Below, one piece after another: positions 40,601 through 53,059 of a DNA stretch of 64,000 nucleotides. The stretch is taken from positions 81,904,001-81,968,000 of the forward strand of contig CM052816.1 in the NCBI GenBank assembly GCA_028534125.1, in the 5' to 3' direction. The stretch comes from Lama glama (Eukaryota). The stretch's first letter is position 1. Each line of letters begins with the position of its first letter. Under the pieces are notes generated by a model, which ran no database searches, had not been told where the DNA came from, and worked only from the letters and a program-made list of their open reading frames with translations. Made by a program: the position numbers and the translations under genes.

Positions 40601-41860
40601 TGGAATGACGCTAATTGTAGCTCTGTTGGCCAGGAGGGGAGACTAATTGGGTGCCGGGGGTGAGGACATTGTTGCCTTCACAGGCTTTCATTGTCTTCAG
40701 ACAGGTGAGTGCTCGCTCTTAATAAACAGGAATGGGCCACCTCTGAAGAGGCAGAAGGTTTAGAGAGTCTGGAGAATCAAAACCTGTATGTCCTCATCCT
40801 GGGTTTCTTTATCCCTGACCTTGGCATAGCAGACCTACCTTGTTGGATGGTAGTTAGTCCATAAGACACACCCACTCTGACAGGTAAGCCCCAGGCCTGA
40901 TCCTGGCCCTCTCTGACCTCTCACTGAGGTGATAGGAATGTCTTTGTGTGCCCTCAGCAGGTCCTCTGGCTTTCACATCTGGCTTCCAGTTGCCTTTCCT
41001 CCTCTGCTGTTACATTTCTGTAGAGCAGTGGTTCTCCAGGTGAGGCCTTGTGACTAATACCAGCGTTGCCTGGGGCTGGGGACTTGTTTGAAATGCAGAA
41101 TTCTCAGCTTGCCTCAGCTGCTGAATCAGAAACTCTAGGCATGGGGAGCAAGCAGTCTGAGACATAGCAAGCCCTGCAGGGGATCAAGGCACACTAAAGT
41201 TTGAAGACTTTGGCAGAGCATCAGTGGTGCTTAGCAGTAGTCATTCATCCCATTATCCTTACAGCTGCCATTCTCTCATAAACACCTGGTGCATTGCACT
41301 GCTTCTTCTGGTGTGGTCTCCCCATTGAGCATCTTTGAAAGTTTCAGTTGGCATGCTACCTAGTGCCAGGGGCCGTGTGCTCTATCTCCCTCCATGGTGG
41401 GTTCCTCATTGCCAATTGGATGGTAAGTGATTCAGCTCCAAAACCCTGTCTTAGCTCCTGCTTTCTTGGATCACTTCTGATACCAACTGTCACACCTTGG
41501 ATTCTCCAGAAGCAGATGCTAAGATGAAATTTAGGGTGCATGAATGTTCCTTAGGGAACTTTACCTGTGAAATGAAGAAGGCGTTAGCAGAATTGGACAA
41601 AGGGATTAGTCCACCCATGAGTTAGCCCCAACAAAGCCCCCATCAACTCAAGGCATGAGTATTGCCTTTAAGTTGGGCTGCAATGGCTGGGCCTGCATAC
41701 CTCTGCCTCGCTCAGTACACACCTGACATCGGGGGGCCTCTGCAGCGACACAGACCCTGAAAGAGCCGGTGCCTGGAGACTCTGCTGCCCGTGCTCTTCA
41801 CAGTGGGCAGCAAGTCCTCACTGAAAGGTGGTCTGGGTCACACATCACCACGTACCCAGA
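37620..41860 (-). mobile_element. Ancient ERVL-class provirus relic (LTR16/ERV3-16A3-like): LTRs ~37620-38035 and ~41488-41860, decayed internal region
   Basis: Two similar same-orientation LTR-like blocks; PBS-like TGGTATCAGAAGTG (minus strand, 41485-41472) beside the 5' LTR; pol-like peptides KKEAQHQVGLPGFRRQ and YAFEKQFL on the minus strand. Confidence 0.75.
41025..41215. mobile_element. MER5A-like MITE nested in the ERVL relic
   Basis: gcagtggttctcca...gacttgtttgaaatgcagaattctcag...ctgaatcagaaactctagg...acactaaagtttga. Confidence 0.8.
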
Positions 41861-42377
41861 GATACCACAGATGCTTCTAATGCTCGCTGTTTTCCTTTTC
41901 CTGTCTGTGCGGATTCTGTTCCACCGCCTCTTGTGCGTCTTGCATTTCTGGTTCCTTCTGTTTTACTCAGCATACTTAATCCTTTCACTTTTCTCCTTCC
42001 CTGTTAAAGCCTACTGCTATGATTTATGAGATTATTTTTCTTGCTTTTTTTTTCTATTTATTGGGAGGTTAGCCAAAGGTCAATTATTGTGTTATTTTAC
42101 AAATGAAAGGAAGACATTCATGGAAGTTTAGATCTAGAAAGATTATATGTTGTCCAAACCCCTTGTGTTGCACATGAGGAAATATGTTGAATAACCAGCA
42201 ACCAGCCACCCTCTTTATCTTGTTAATGGTAGAGTGAATACTGTTCTTTCTTACCAGTCTGTGGCGGAACACACCTAAAACCCCTTTCGTCAGATGTGTA
42301 TCTAGAAAATAGTCTATTTTTAGATAACAATATTTTGCTGCTTTACCCTTAAACTCATTTTTGTTTTTTCCCCTCAG

Positions 42378-42464
42378 GCTATTAAACCCTGTCGTCCTAT
42401 GACCAACAATGCGGGCAGACTTTTCCACTATCGAATTACAGTCTCACCTCCTACAAACTTTTTA
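42378..42464 (+). CDS. DROSHA: DROSHA 87-nt exon (AIKPCRPMTNNAGRLFHYRITVSPPTNFL)
   Basis: ttcccctcAG / GTaagt, phase 0-0. Confidence 0.96.
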
Positions 42465-42849
42465 GTAAGTTCCTAACAAAATCAGGTTTCATTTATTTAA
42501 ACATGTAAATAGATTCTATGTTTGTAAATAAGTTGAAAGGTGAATAGGCTAAGTATGGGTGCAGTTCTTAGATGTTCTTTCTTGTAAAAATATTTTATTT
42601 TTATGCTGGTAACATTGGCCTTTATCATAATGACTTTTATTTTGGCTTACTTTCATTATACTACTTTCTGTATCTTTTTTCATTTATATTGTTGAGTACC
42701 CCATAATAAATAGCCGGTGAATTAGGGAGCTGTTCATTGGAGCCATGGAGTTGGAAGAATGCATAGAACTTTTGAGCATCTCTTAACAAACAGCAAATAA
42801 CTTATATATATTAATCTAGTGACTCATAAATACAGCTTTTATGACAGTG

Positions 42850-43105
42850 ATAATAATACCTAATGTTTGTTGGTTATGCTCCTAGGCACCATTCTAAATA
42901 TTTGACATATGTTAACTTACTAGTCTTAAATGGATGAAGAGGATATTTTTATCCCCGCTATACAGAGGGGGCGCTAGTCCATGTTTTACAGGTGAGGTTA
43001 AGTAACTTGCTCAGGATTATTCAGGCAGTAAGTGGGCACAGTGGGGATTTGAACCTAGGCAGACTGACTCCAGTGTGCCTGGCTATATGCTGCTCCGCTC
43101 TGCTG
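42850..43105. mobile_element. MIR SINE
   Basis: ttttacaggtgaggttaagtaacttgctcagg...gggatttgaacctaggcagactgactccag. Confidence 0.8.
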
Positions 43106-43197
43106 TATTGCCTTTTCTCAGTACAAAATTAATTAATTCTGGTTACTTGCATTGTCAAGAGATTGTAATTTCAGTATTAGATTATTAATAATTATCT

Positions 43198-43808
43198 ATT
43201 TTAACAGTATTATTGAGATGTTATTAATAGACCATAAAACTCACTCATTTAAAGTATGTATTTCATGATATTTAGTCTTTTCACCGAATTGTGAAACCAT
43301 CACCACAATCTGATATTAGAACATTTTCATCATCTCCCACAGAGTCCCGTACTCATTAGCAGTTAGTTCTTTCCCACCCTGCATCCTTCAGCAACAGCTA
43401 AGACACTTTGTCTTTATCATTTGCTTATTCTAGATATTTCATATGAATGGAATCATAGAATATGTGGTCTTTTTGGCTTCTTTCACTTAGCATAATGTTT
43501 TCCAGATTCATCCATGTTGTAATATGTAACTTCATTCCTTTTTATGCCTAAATAATATTCCATTGTATGGACATATACTGTGTTTCATTTATCCATTCAG
43601 TAGGTGATGGACATTTGGATGGTATCCACTTTTGAGCTGTTAGGAATAATGCTGCTGTGAATGTTTGTGTACAACTTTTTGTATGGATGTATGTTTTCAT
43701 TTTCCTTAAGTGTAAGTCTAGGACTGGAGTTGCTGGATTGTGTGGTAACTCTATGATTAATACTTTGAGGAACTACCAAACTGTTTTCCGAAGTGGCTGT
43801 ACCATTGT
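43198..43808 (-). mobile_element. L1MB-like 3' fragment
   Basis: ctttcacttagcataatgttttccagattcatccatgttgta...gatggacatttgg...tttgaggaactaccaaactgttttcc. Confidence 0.85.
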
Positions 43809-44724
43809 TATTTCACTAGAAGTTCTTTCATTATATTCAGTTTAGAATAGCTTTGTTGAGCTGTTTAAGTGGGAAGTAACAGTAATATTGGAAAACAAAT
43901 AACATTTGAATATTCTTTAGTTCCCCCTTAAGAACTTAAATTCTTCACATATTTATATATATATATGAATGTTAAAAGAATAATGTTCAATACCTATGTA
44001 GAAAATGTAACTTCTAGGTTACCAATCTTGTTATCTCCACATTTAGCATCCAGGATTAAAAATGGCAGGCTATAAGAATAGTGTAAAGAAGAGAGCCTCT
44101 TATATCATTTGTATCTTTTAGTTAAATTCAATTTTCAGGTAATTAAGACCCTTGACATTTGACATTATGTGGGCACTTATTTCTTACAGTGTTTGGTGGG
44201 TTGGCTTCTTCTTGCAGGGCCTGGAAATGAAGCTGGGAGGGATGACCTTCTGGCACCCTGGGGCCTTCCACAGCCTTCCAGGCTGTTGCCAGTCCTGACT
44301 GACGTGATGCTGAGTCTTCTCCACTTTGAGCTTTGAGTTGACTGTGTTGTTATCTTGTTCTCACTAGGACTTCTGTTAGTTCAGAAGCATATATAGTTCA
44401 GTAAGAGCAGGGCTGGTGATACCGTGGGAGTAAATAAGGTGAGTTCCTAGAAGATAAAGCCTTGTAGCCTCATTTCGTTACAGCACCTGTAATAAACATT
44501 CTCGATTGTCTAGTACACTGTCACTGAAGCCAGAGAATTCTACCAAGCAAGGAAATTCCAGCTAGAATTGAACTTTTGTATAAAGTTTCTCCTTGATGTT
44601 TGGGGAAATGTTAAAAGGAGTCCTTACATCTCTCCTGTTGGTTGCTTTGTGTCCTGTTGGATTTCTGCACATGCAAATCATGTTGTCTGTTTAATTCATA
44701 CTTTGTGTTTCTGTTTGCCTTTAG

Positions 44725-44811
44725 ACTGACAGGCCAACTGTTATAGAATATGATGATCATGAGTATATATTCGAAGGATTTTCTATGTTTGCACATGCCC
44801 CCCTGACCAAT
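44725..44811 (+). CDS. DROSHA: DROSHA 87-nt exon (TDRPTVIEYDDHEYIFEGFSMFAHAPLTN)
   Basis: gcctttAG / GTaagt, phase 0-0. Confidence 0.96.
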
Positions 44812-46419
44812 GTAAGTATGTGCTAACTGGCTGGCTTTCTCTTTCCCTGTGCCCCCTTCCTTCCCTTAATTCTTTCTTTTTGAAAGTCAAAGTGAGTTTC
44901 TTTTCATCTGACTTCTAAGTAACAATTACTCAGGCGTCCCTCTGCCTGAGCTGCAGAAAGTTAGCGGCAGTGTGTGTCAGGTGGGAGTGTGACATCTGTG
45001 CTAATAAGTCACAGGTTTGGTCCGCAGTAAATGGTGCAAGTAAACATGTGTCAGAATAACATTTTGAGAGTGTGAAAGACTGAAAAAGAAGGATAAACTG
45101 TGGAGTAATGTGTCAAAGCTATTTTGGGTTGGGTGTCCTTCAAAAGAAAGTTGGAAAGTTTTAAGGAGAAGGTATTATTTAGTCTCTGAGCAATAGATAA
45201 TGAAACAGAACTTGTTCAGGATATCTGGAGCCTGAATTGATTTCATACAGCTTTCTGCTTTTGAATCCCAGGAATATGTCTTCTTTAAGAGACTTTGACA
45301 TACAGATCCATGATATTTTTATACAGGTATTAAGGCTGCTTTGTTGGTAATCAGTTCAAATGGAAGTTCTGTGTCTGTGAGTCAAAATCTTTCTGTCTCA
45401 AAGCTGGCAGTCTTGGGAATTGTTTTACTTATTGCTTACTCCAGTTGGACATAGAGTGGAATTCACTGGCTCAGGAAGGGAGTGTAGCTGTATGCTTTAC
45501 CCAGTCTAGACGCTGCTATAGAACTTATTGAATTACAGCTCTGGTGTACGTACATCAAAACAGAATGTTCTTTAATCCTTTTGGATTTGGTTACAAGAAA
45601 TTACATCTGCAGTTTGAAAAGTTATTTTAGTACTGTTTACTTAAAACATGAAATTCTGTTCCATTGGAGGGTGAGGAATAAAATCTTTGCTTAATCTTAT
45701 TCCTTTCTATTATTACTTTTTATTAGTAGACATGATTCTGTAGTAGTGATACTAATTTAAAACAAATTGTTTTCTTAATGAGATTTTCTTTGTGCAACAA
45801 TATTTTATCCTAGAGAATTTTCTTTGGGAAGATGATTACATTGTAAATGTAAAAGTAAAATTATTTGATAATACATATGATGTCTACTTCTAGGGTGGAC
45901 CATAATATAGAAAAGTATTAATATTGCACTATTTTTTATTGAAGTATAATTGACATATAGAATTATTTAGTTTCAGGTGTATAAAATAATGATTCAATAC
46001 TTGTATGTATTGTGAAATGATCACCAAGATAAGTCTAATTAACATCTGTCACGATACGTAGTTACAAAATTTTATATTGAATTGTTCTTAATCTTTATGA
46101 ATAGGCACTAGGAAGTTTTTTAATTTTGAAAGTTTCTTTCTTTCTTTTTTTTTTTTTTTAATGTCTTGATTAGGCACTCAAACCTGTTGTTACACCAAAT
46201 CTCATAGTCTTATAGAGTTGGAAAGGTCTTTAAAATTCGTCTAATCCAACTGCACCCTATATAAGTACTTCTCTTTTCTTCCCCCAGAGGGCTTGCAGAT
46301 ACAAGAAATTTAGTTACCATGAAACATTAAAAATTACCTATCTTATCTATTAATTCCCTACAAGTAATACAGATATCACTTTAATTTTCAGGATCACCTT
46401 AAAGAAGGAAAACAGTACA

Positions 46420-46635
46420 GTTTCAGAGAGACCAGGGTTTAAACATTGGTGTGTTCCACTTACTAGCCGTGTGATTTGACATTGCAATTTTTCTAAACCT
46501 TGATTTTCTCATCTGTAAAACAGAGGTATTAGTTGTGACAATCTTACTGGCTTTCGTAAAAAATAAGTGAGATGACACCCGAAAAGTGTTTATCACAGTG
46601 TTTGGTACACAGTACACATTGGCACTTATTATTTT
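46420..46635. mobile_element. MIR SINE
   Basis: ccacttactagccgtgtga...ttttctcatctgtaaaacagagg...aaagtgtttatcacagtgtttggtacacagta. Confidence 0.8.
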
Positions 46636-47899
46636 GGATAAGATGTCAGACAGACCTAGGTTTGAGTCTTTCTTCTAATTCTTTTTTTTTGTTTGTTTAA
46701 CTAATTCTCAATATTTATGTGACCTTGGACGAGTGATTCTTTGAGCTTTATTTAAAGTTCCTCAGCACAAAGGTTTGGCACTGGGAGGCCGCTAGTGCTA
46801 AATGAATTGCTGTTGTTACTTTGTTATAAAATAAAAGATAGTACTGAAAAATTCCTGGCTTCAGCATGTATTTTTTTATAAATATTCGCGTTCTTAAAAA
46901 CTTGAGAACTTAGCTCTGTAATAAGAAGATAAGCCCCATCATTTCTGTTAGAGATATTGATAAAATAAATCGAGTTTTAAGCTGAGTGTTGTACAGTTCA
47001 TAGGAATTAGATCCATCAAAGGCTTCTTGAATTTGAAATAGCCTCCCAAGAAAAAGAATTATTAAATCGCTTTACTGTTCTGATTCATTTTCTTGCTAGA
47101 GAGAGCACATCAGCAAGACGGGCATGCAAATGATGGTAATGTTAGAATTTCAACCAAATCTAGTTCTGATGAGTTCTCTTAAGGTCTTCTTGAATTGAAG
47201 TGGATTGAAAGCCATGTTGGCTACATATAGAGCATTCCAGGAGAATTTTATCCTTTTATGTAGTACATTTGTTATTACCACGACACCTGATGTTATTAAG
47301 GACTTTGACAACGTAACTGAAGTTACATAGGTGTACGTGTTACGTGCATTGTATCTTATGATCCGTCCTCAAAAGCATGAGGATGCCCCACAGTCATTTC
47401 TTTCCTGCCTTAGTTGACCATTTCCAGTGGCCTCCCTGCCCTGGATTTAGTCATTCAGTGAGAGTTAGAATGTAGACATTTAGGAGGGGTTTTTGGTTTG
47501 TTTTTGGTAGGATGAGATAGGAGTTAGTGTCAGTCAGTAGTCAAACATGTTTTAAGAAATGAAAGTGGGCATTTATATTATTTGATTGGCCAATTGAGCA
47601 CTCAATCAACTGAGCCCCCAGTACATAGGAAAATGACAAGTTCTCTTTGAGTCTCAGAGAGAGATGAAAGTTTGAATAGAAAAGGAGATTCTGCCTTTCC
47701 AAATTGGTGTCTGAGAAGGGCTCTCTGGTGGTATGGACAAGGGCCCAATGGAGATAAAGTATATGTAAGAGAGGATGTCAAAGAAGGAATCGCCAAAAGT
47801 GACTTTAGTTGAAATAATGTGGAGAAAGGATGAACTGCATAAGTCATCCAGCAAGCAGAACCACTTCTGCACGTGGTGGGAGGAGTAAAGTTCGCACGT

Positions 47900-48915
47900 T
47901 GGCTCTTTCTCTGTGGCCTCTTGACTGTTCCTGAGGGCGGTGCTCCTTTTCTCTCCTGAGTACACTCTCCCCGAGCGGCGCCGTCTCACCCACGGCTTCT
48001 CCTCCCGCACATGTTCTGATGGTGATATGGATGGCTGTGACATACAGCTCTGCCCCGCACTCACATTTCAGATTGCCTGTTGTTCATCCCCACCTTGGTG
48101 TCCCCTCAGAGACCTCACCCTCAACCTGTGTGCAACTGAACTCGTCATCTAATCCGTATATTGAGTTTGAGGTACTCAGGGGACTCCGCCTGAATGTCTT
48201 TGTATTCATTGTGATCTGTCTGGTCCTTTAGGCCAGAAACCTAGAAATTTTCCTCTATTCTTTCTTCTCTCTTACTTCTGCATCAGAACAGTCACTGTGT
48301 ATTTCAGTCACATATCCTGTGTTTAAATTCTTCCCTCTCCTTTGTAGTCCTCTCTTCATTTGGCTCCTGGACTATTTCATTAGACCCCAGTCTGGCCTTC
48401 TGGTCTCTTGCCTTGCTCGCTTCTGAGCCATTCCCACCCTGTTTACATAGCAGCCCATCCATGTAAACTATGATAGTCTCTCACTTAAAGCCCTTGAATG
48501 AGTTCTCACTGCTGTAAGGATAAGCCCTGAATCCTTACCATGGTTTATAAAGTCTGCATAATATTGTTCCCACTTTCCCGTCAAGAATCACTTGCCTCTC
48601 TGTCTGTGCACTTCACTCCTGATGAACTAACGGCCTGTTCTTCCCCCAGCTCCCTTCTCTCTGTCTTGTTCCTGCCCTTCTCCAACTTAATTTCTGGATG
48701 ACCAGGAAAATCCCTCCCCATCTTTGAAGACTCAACTCGGATGTTCCCTCCTCTTTGGTTGTTTTGCACTTAATACTTTCTGTTTTGCTTATTTGTTTTT
48801 TAATTGCACTTATAAGTCACACTGTATTGTATTCTATTTATACTTTTTGTATGCCTTTCTTCCTCTTTTAGATCTCTGCTTTTCTTTCAATGTTAGGGGC
48901 TGTGGCTTATTTTAG
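47900..48915 (+). mobile_element. LINE-2 body fragment
   Basis: Pyrimidine-rich with L2 motifs (gacctcaccctcaacctgtg..caactgaactc, ggccagaaacctagaa, cacttaaagcccttgaatg). Confidence 0.65.
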
Positions 48916-49599
48916 AGTAACTATAAATCTAGCAGTTGTTAGCAAAAAATTTGCATTAAAAATATGAGTAACTGCACAAATTTATAGCTTTCAAATATGT
49001 TTAAATGATTGTAGGAATAAAGAAGACCTTAAAAATGATAGTGGCCTTCACACATTGCTTAGGTTGGTTTAGAACTCATTGCCATGAAGAGGTTGAAAAT
49101 GGATCTCTTGTTAAAGTTAGTTATGAATTTCACTCAAATTAGCCACTATCTTTAAAAAAAAAAAAGAAAAAAGAAAAAGCACCTAAGAACTAAACTTCAT
49201 TTCTGAGAAAAAGATTTCCAGTAGATGGCATTATAAGACTATCTTTGTTTTTCTTACCATTCCTTTTGCTGGTGCAATTAAAATTTGTTTCTTTCTGATT
49301 GCTATGGTTTGGAAAAATGATTATATATCTATGAAATTGTCTTATGGATAGATTGGCCAGAAAAGCCTACTTACCACATCTCTAGGGCTTTTGAGTTATT
49401 ATTTTCCTCCACTAGTCAGCCAAGCCACTGCAGTAACCGCACACCCTCTTTTTCTCATCCTTTCCTTCATTCATAAGTATACGTACAGAAAACCTGTTCA
49501 ATCTAGGCACTGGGCTAGTGTCTGATGAAACATGGGTAAAAGAAGACATGTGGATTTATTTCATCTCAGCCTTCCTTCGTTTTCACACATACGTGTGTA

Positions 49600-49822
49600 T
49601 TAGAGAGGTGGGTATCCCAGTGGCTTAGAGCTGGAGTCTGAAGCAAGAATTTCGAATTCACCAGCTGCCTGTGACCTTAGGCCAAGTACCTGATGACTCT
49701 GCCTTTGTTTCCTCCACTGTACAGCGGGGAGAGGAGCTGTACCCGCCTCCAAGGGGTGGGCACAGGAGTAACGGTAAGTGAGGCAGTACAGCAGTGCCTA
49801 GCTCAGGAAGTGTTAGCTAGTC
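49600..49822. mobile_element. MIR SINE
   Basis: gtgaccttaggccaagtacctga...ctctgcctttgtttcctccactgtac. Confidence 0.65.
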
Positions 49823-50295
49823 CCTTGATTACTACGGAGCCAGATAGGCGGCAAGAGTAGCGTGTACCTCGTCGGTTCACGGATCTCTAACTGTTGAGTT
49901 GTCAGCCTCCTATCGCTTATCTGCCGGGAGAGCCGGAGATCCTGAAAGATTTAAAAAACCTGAGATAAAGGGGTATTTAATTGTAGTTTTATTAGTTCTT
50001 AAAGGCGGTATGTTTGATTTAATGAGTTCTTGTCATGTTTGTGTTGCTGTGGCTAATACAGTTAATTAAGCACCAACATCATGCAGGTTTCCTGTAGAGG
50101 CCCGGCCAGCTGGGTTCTTGCTACTAAAATCTGGCAGTTGTGGTCAAGCTTTGTGTTCAGTATTGTTAGCAGCTTAGGTCAAGGTGAAGCTTTCTCATTT
50201 GGTTCATGGCCTCGTAGGTCAGGGAGCAAAACACATGTACAGTGTAAGCGCAGGAAGGTATTTCAGAACTGAACCTCTCACTCTTATCACTGCAG

Positions 50296-50367
50296 ATTCC
50301 GCTGTGTAAAGTAATTCGATTCAACATAGACTACACGATTCATTTCATTGAAGAGATGATGCCTGAG
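50296..50367 (+). CDS. DROSHA: DROSHA 72-nt exon (IPLCKVIRFNIDYTIHFIEEMMPE)
   Basis: cactgcAG / GTaagg, phase 0-0. Confidence 0.96.
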
Positions 50368-51947
50368 GTAAGGGAAAAGATTATTTAACAGCTTGATGCA
50401 GTTTGCTCTTTTGTTTATTCCACACGTATCTTTAAAGCATTGAACTTGGCTGGCTCTAGCTTCTTGCCATAAGAATACCTTTAATGTATTGTGTTCACTG
50501 TTGAAAGGGCTGGTCAGGTGTAACTAGTCAGATGTAGCTTTAGGAGCAAGGTTACAATTTGGGTCATTTTTCCAACTTACTGACCTGTTTTTGAACCCAT
50601 TTCTCCTCATGTTGCATCTACTGATAGTAACTTTACATCTGTTTCTAGTTTGTTTTGGACAGAGGACAGCTTTTGGTTACTGGTCGTTATCAGAGAGGAA
50701 ATTAGAAAAGTGAAACTGAATCTGATAGCTGTTGGAATAATCTTATTCATTATCTCCAGTGACAAGATCAATGTCTGGTTCATTTTTCTTCCCATGTATT
50801 TACATATTTTTCCTAATTGTTTTTCACTGTGGATGCTCAGCAGCAGATTTATCTAAATATATGCAAGAGGTTTAAAATTTCAGAGCAAGATTAATGTGAG
50901 TCTCAGAATGATTCATTGCCTGATCTTGAATTTAGTGGTGTCAACAAATCACACGAAGAAATAACAACTAGACAGCAAACAAGCCTGTGCACTTAACATT
51001 GTATTGGAGTCGGGGTCGATTTCCCGAGCCCCTGGCTCCTCTTGCAAACCTTGTTTAACGGCACAGCTCCGTCGAGGGCAGCAGAGCACCAAGGGGGATT
51101 GATGAGCATGACACGCATGCTTCGTTTGCACCTATTTCATTCTGGCCAAGTCCTGTTAATTCCACCTGTCTTTCAAAAAGAATCAAAGAGAAAGGGCCGC
51201 CCCTTCATTCTTAAGCTTAGAAGGGCTTTTTTTTTTGCTTCCTTTTGATTTTTAAGGTCATAAGCCTTCATTTGCTATTGTAAAAGTTTATGACTTCTGG
51301 CGTGATCTCACGCAGGGTGATTTATGAACCCTGAGCAAAACAAGTAGGAGGAAGAATTATGAGACAAGTCTCACTTGCAAATATATCATCTGTTAAGCTT
51401 GTTTACAGCAGAAATTTTGGTACAAAGTTTTGTAGTTTTCTTAGCCGTTTATTTGCCTTCATTAAAGTTTGAATTTTGGGACAGAGAGACCTCTTTAATA
51501 GTGATCCTGGGTGTGTTTGGTGAGTGGAGGTGAGGAAGGGTGGGGTGGGGGCGCAAGGGACAAGCCTATCAGAGTTGGTTGCTCAGTGTGTAATTTGAAT
51601 TAACACAACGTCTCCAGGAGATTCTGATATGTTTTATAGTTGGGTTAGAAAAATATGACATAAAGGAGACTTTCATTTTTAAATTTCATATCATTTTATT
51701 TGTACGTTGGGAAGGGCCAAGTTTCCTTAGGACTTTTCTTAGGAATCCGAATGGCATCATTGCCTGCTTCATTAATGTCTCAAGCCAATGAGCTGTTACA
51801 GGACAGTGGCCAAACTTTTTAGGAAATTACTTGTTTTTAGCATAGTTTCAGTAGACTCTTTTAAAGACACTTGACTAGAACAAGTTGAACTGTCAGTTAA
51901 TATGTATTTGCAGTACTACAGTAAATTGGTTTTGGTTTATTTTTCAG

Positions 51948-52029
51948 AATTTTTGTGTGAAAGGACTTGAACTCTTTTCATTATTCCTATTCAGAGATAT
52001 TTTGGAATTGTATGACTGGAATCTTAAAG
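51948..52029 (+). CDS. DROSHA: DROSHA 82-nt exon (NFCVKGLELFSLFLFRDILELYDWNLKG)
   Basis: tttttcAG / GTaaat, phase 0 to 1. Confidence 0.96.
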
Positions 52030-52984
52030 GTAAATAAAATAGGGTTTAAAGAAAAGTTCAGTACTTGTAGAAGAATGCTGCGGTTGTATGTGAAAACTCC
52101 TATAAAAGTTGAAATTTCTCTTATTTTTGAAATACCCAGGGAAAAATGTGTTATTCATAGGAACACCTGTTATTGTTTGATATGGATAAGTTCTTAGGGG
52201 TCTTATTTTAGTGCAGTTTTACAGTGTCCATTACCGAAGATGACCATTATCTGTTACCTAACTGGTACCTAAGAAGATGGTATCAGTTATAATGAGTAAC
52301 TACGTTCATGTATGTGCATCAGGGATAATCTCATTAGTTAATATGTTAAATCTATTAAACTTTAGTAAACTTCTTCCAAGATGAGTTTATTAAAATAGAA
52401 CTTCAGTTAGCCTTCAGCACATACACGGTGAGCTACCTCAGTTCAAGGCCTGATACTTGGTTCCTGGATCATAGTTCACTCTGGAAGTGCCTCTGTTCCA
52501 GCAATTTATTTATTTTAAAACAGTATATTGATGAATGGCTTTTCAAACCAAGTTTTTAATAGTGTTTCTCTCTTTTTTTCTCCATTTAAATTGATTAAGA
52601 TGAAAAGGAATGAAAATACAAGCATATTATATCATGCAGTAGTTCATTTACAACAAAAATCTTTACATTTTTGAATTTCTAAAACTAGTTTTACCATATA
52701 CATGGCATACTGTATATATACTTGGGGCTTTCATTCCGCTCTCACTTTGGATAGTGTCCTCACTGCAGTCTTCATCGGGTGTTTGTGGCAGTTACCACAT
52801 GATTTATTTAGCTGTTGAGGATAAGGGAGCGGGGTTTTATGTCCCAAACTTCTAGTGGTTTTTTGTTTGTTTGTTGTTTTTTTTTTTTTGTAGTTACCAT
52901 AAATCTTAGGAATTAAGTTGCATTGTTTGTTTCCTGAGGCTGTTTTATTTATTTTTTTCTTTCCTTTTCACTTGTTTGCTTTAG

Positions 52985-53059
52985 GTCCTTTGTTTGAAGA
53001 CAGTCCTCCCTGCTGCCCAAGATTTCATTTCATGCCACGTTTTGTAAGGTTTCTTCCAG
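52985..53059 (+). CDS. DROSHA: DROSHA 75-nt exon (PLFEDSPPCCPRFHFMPRFVRFLP)
   Basis: gtttgctttAG / GTaaat, phase 1-1; ORF 52918..53166. Confidence 0.96.
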
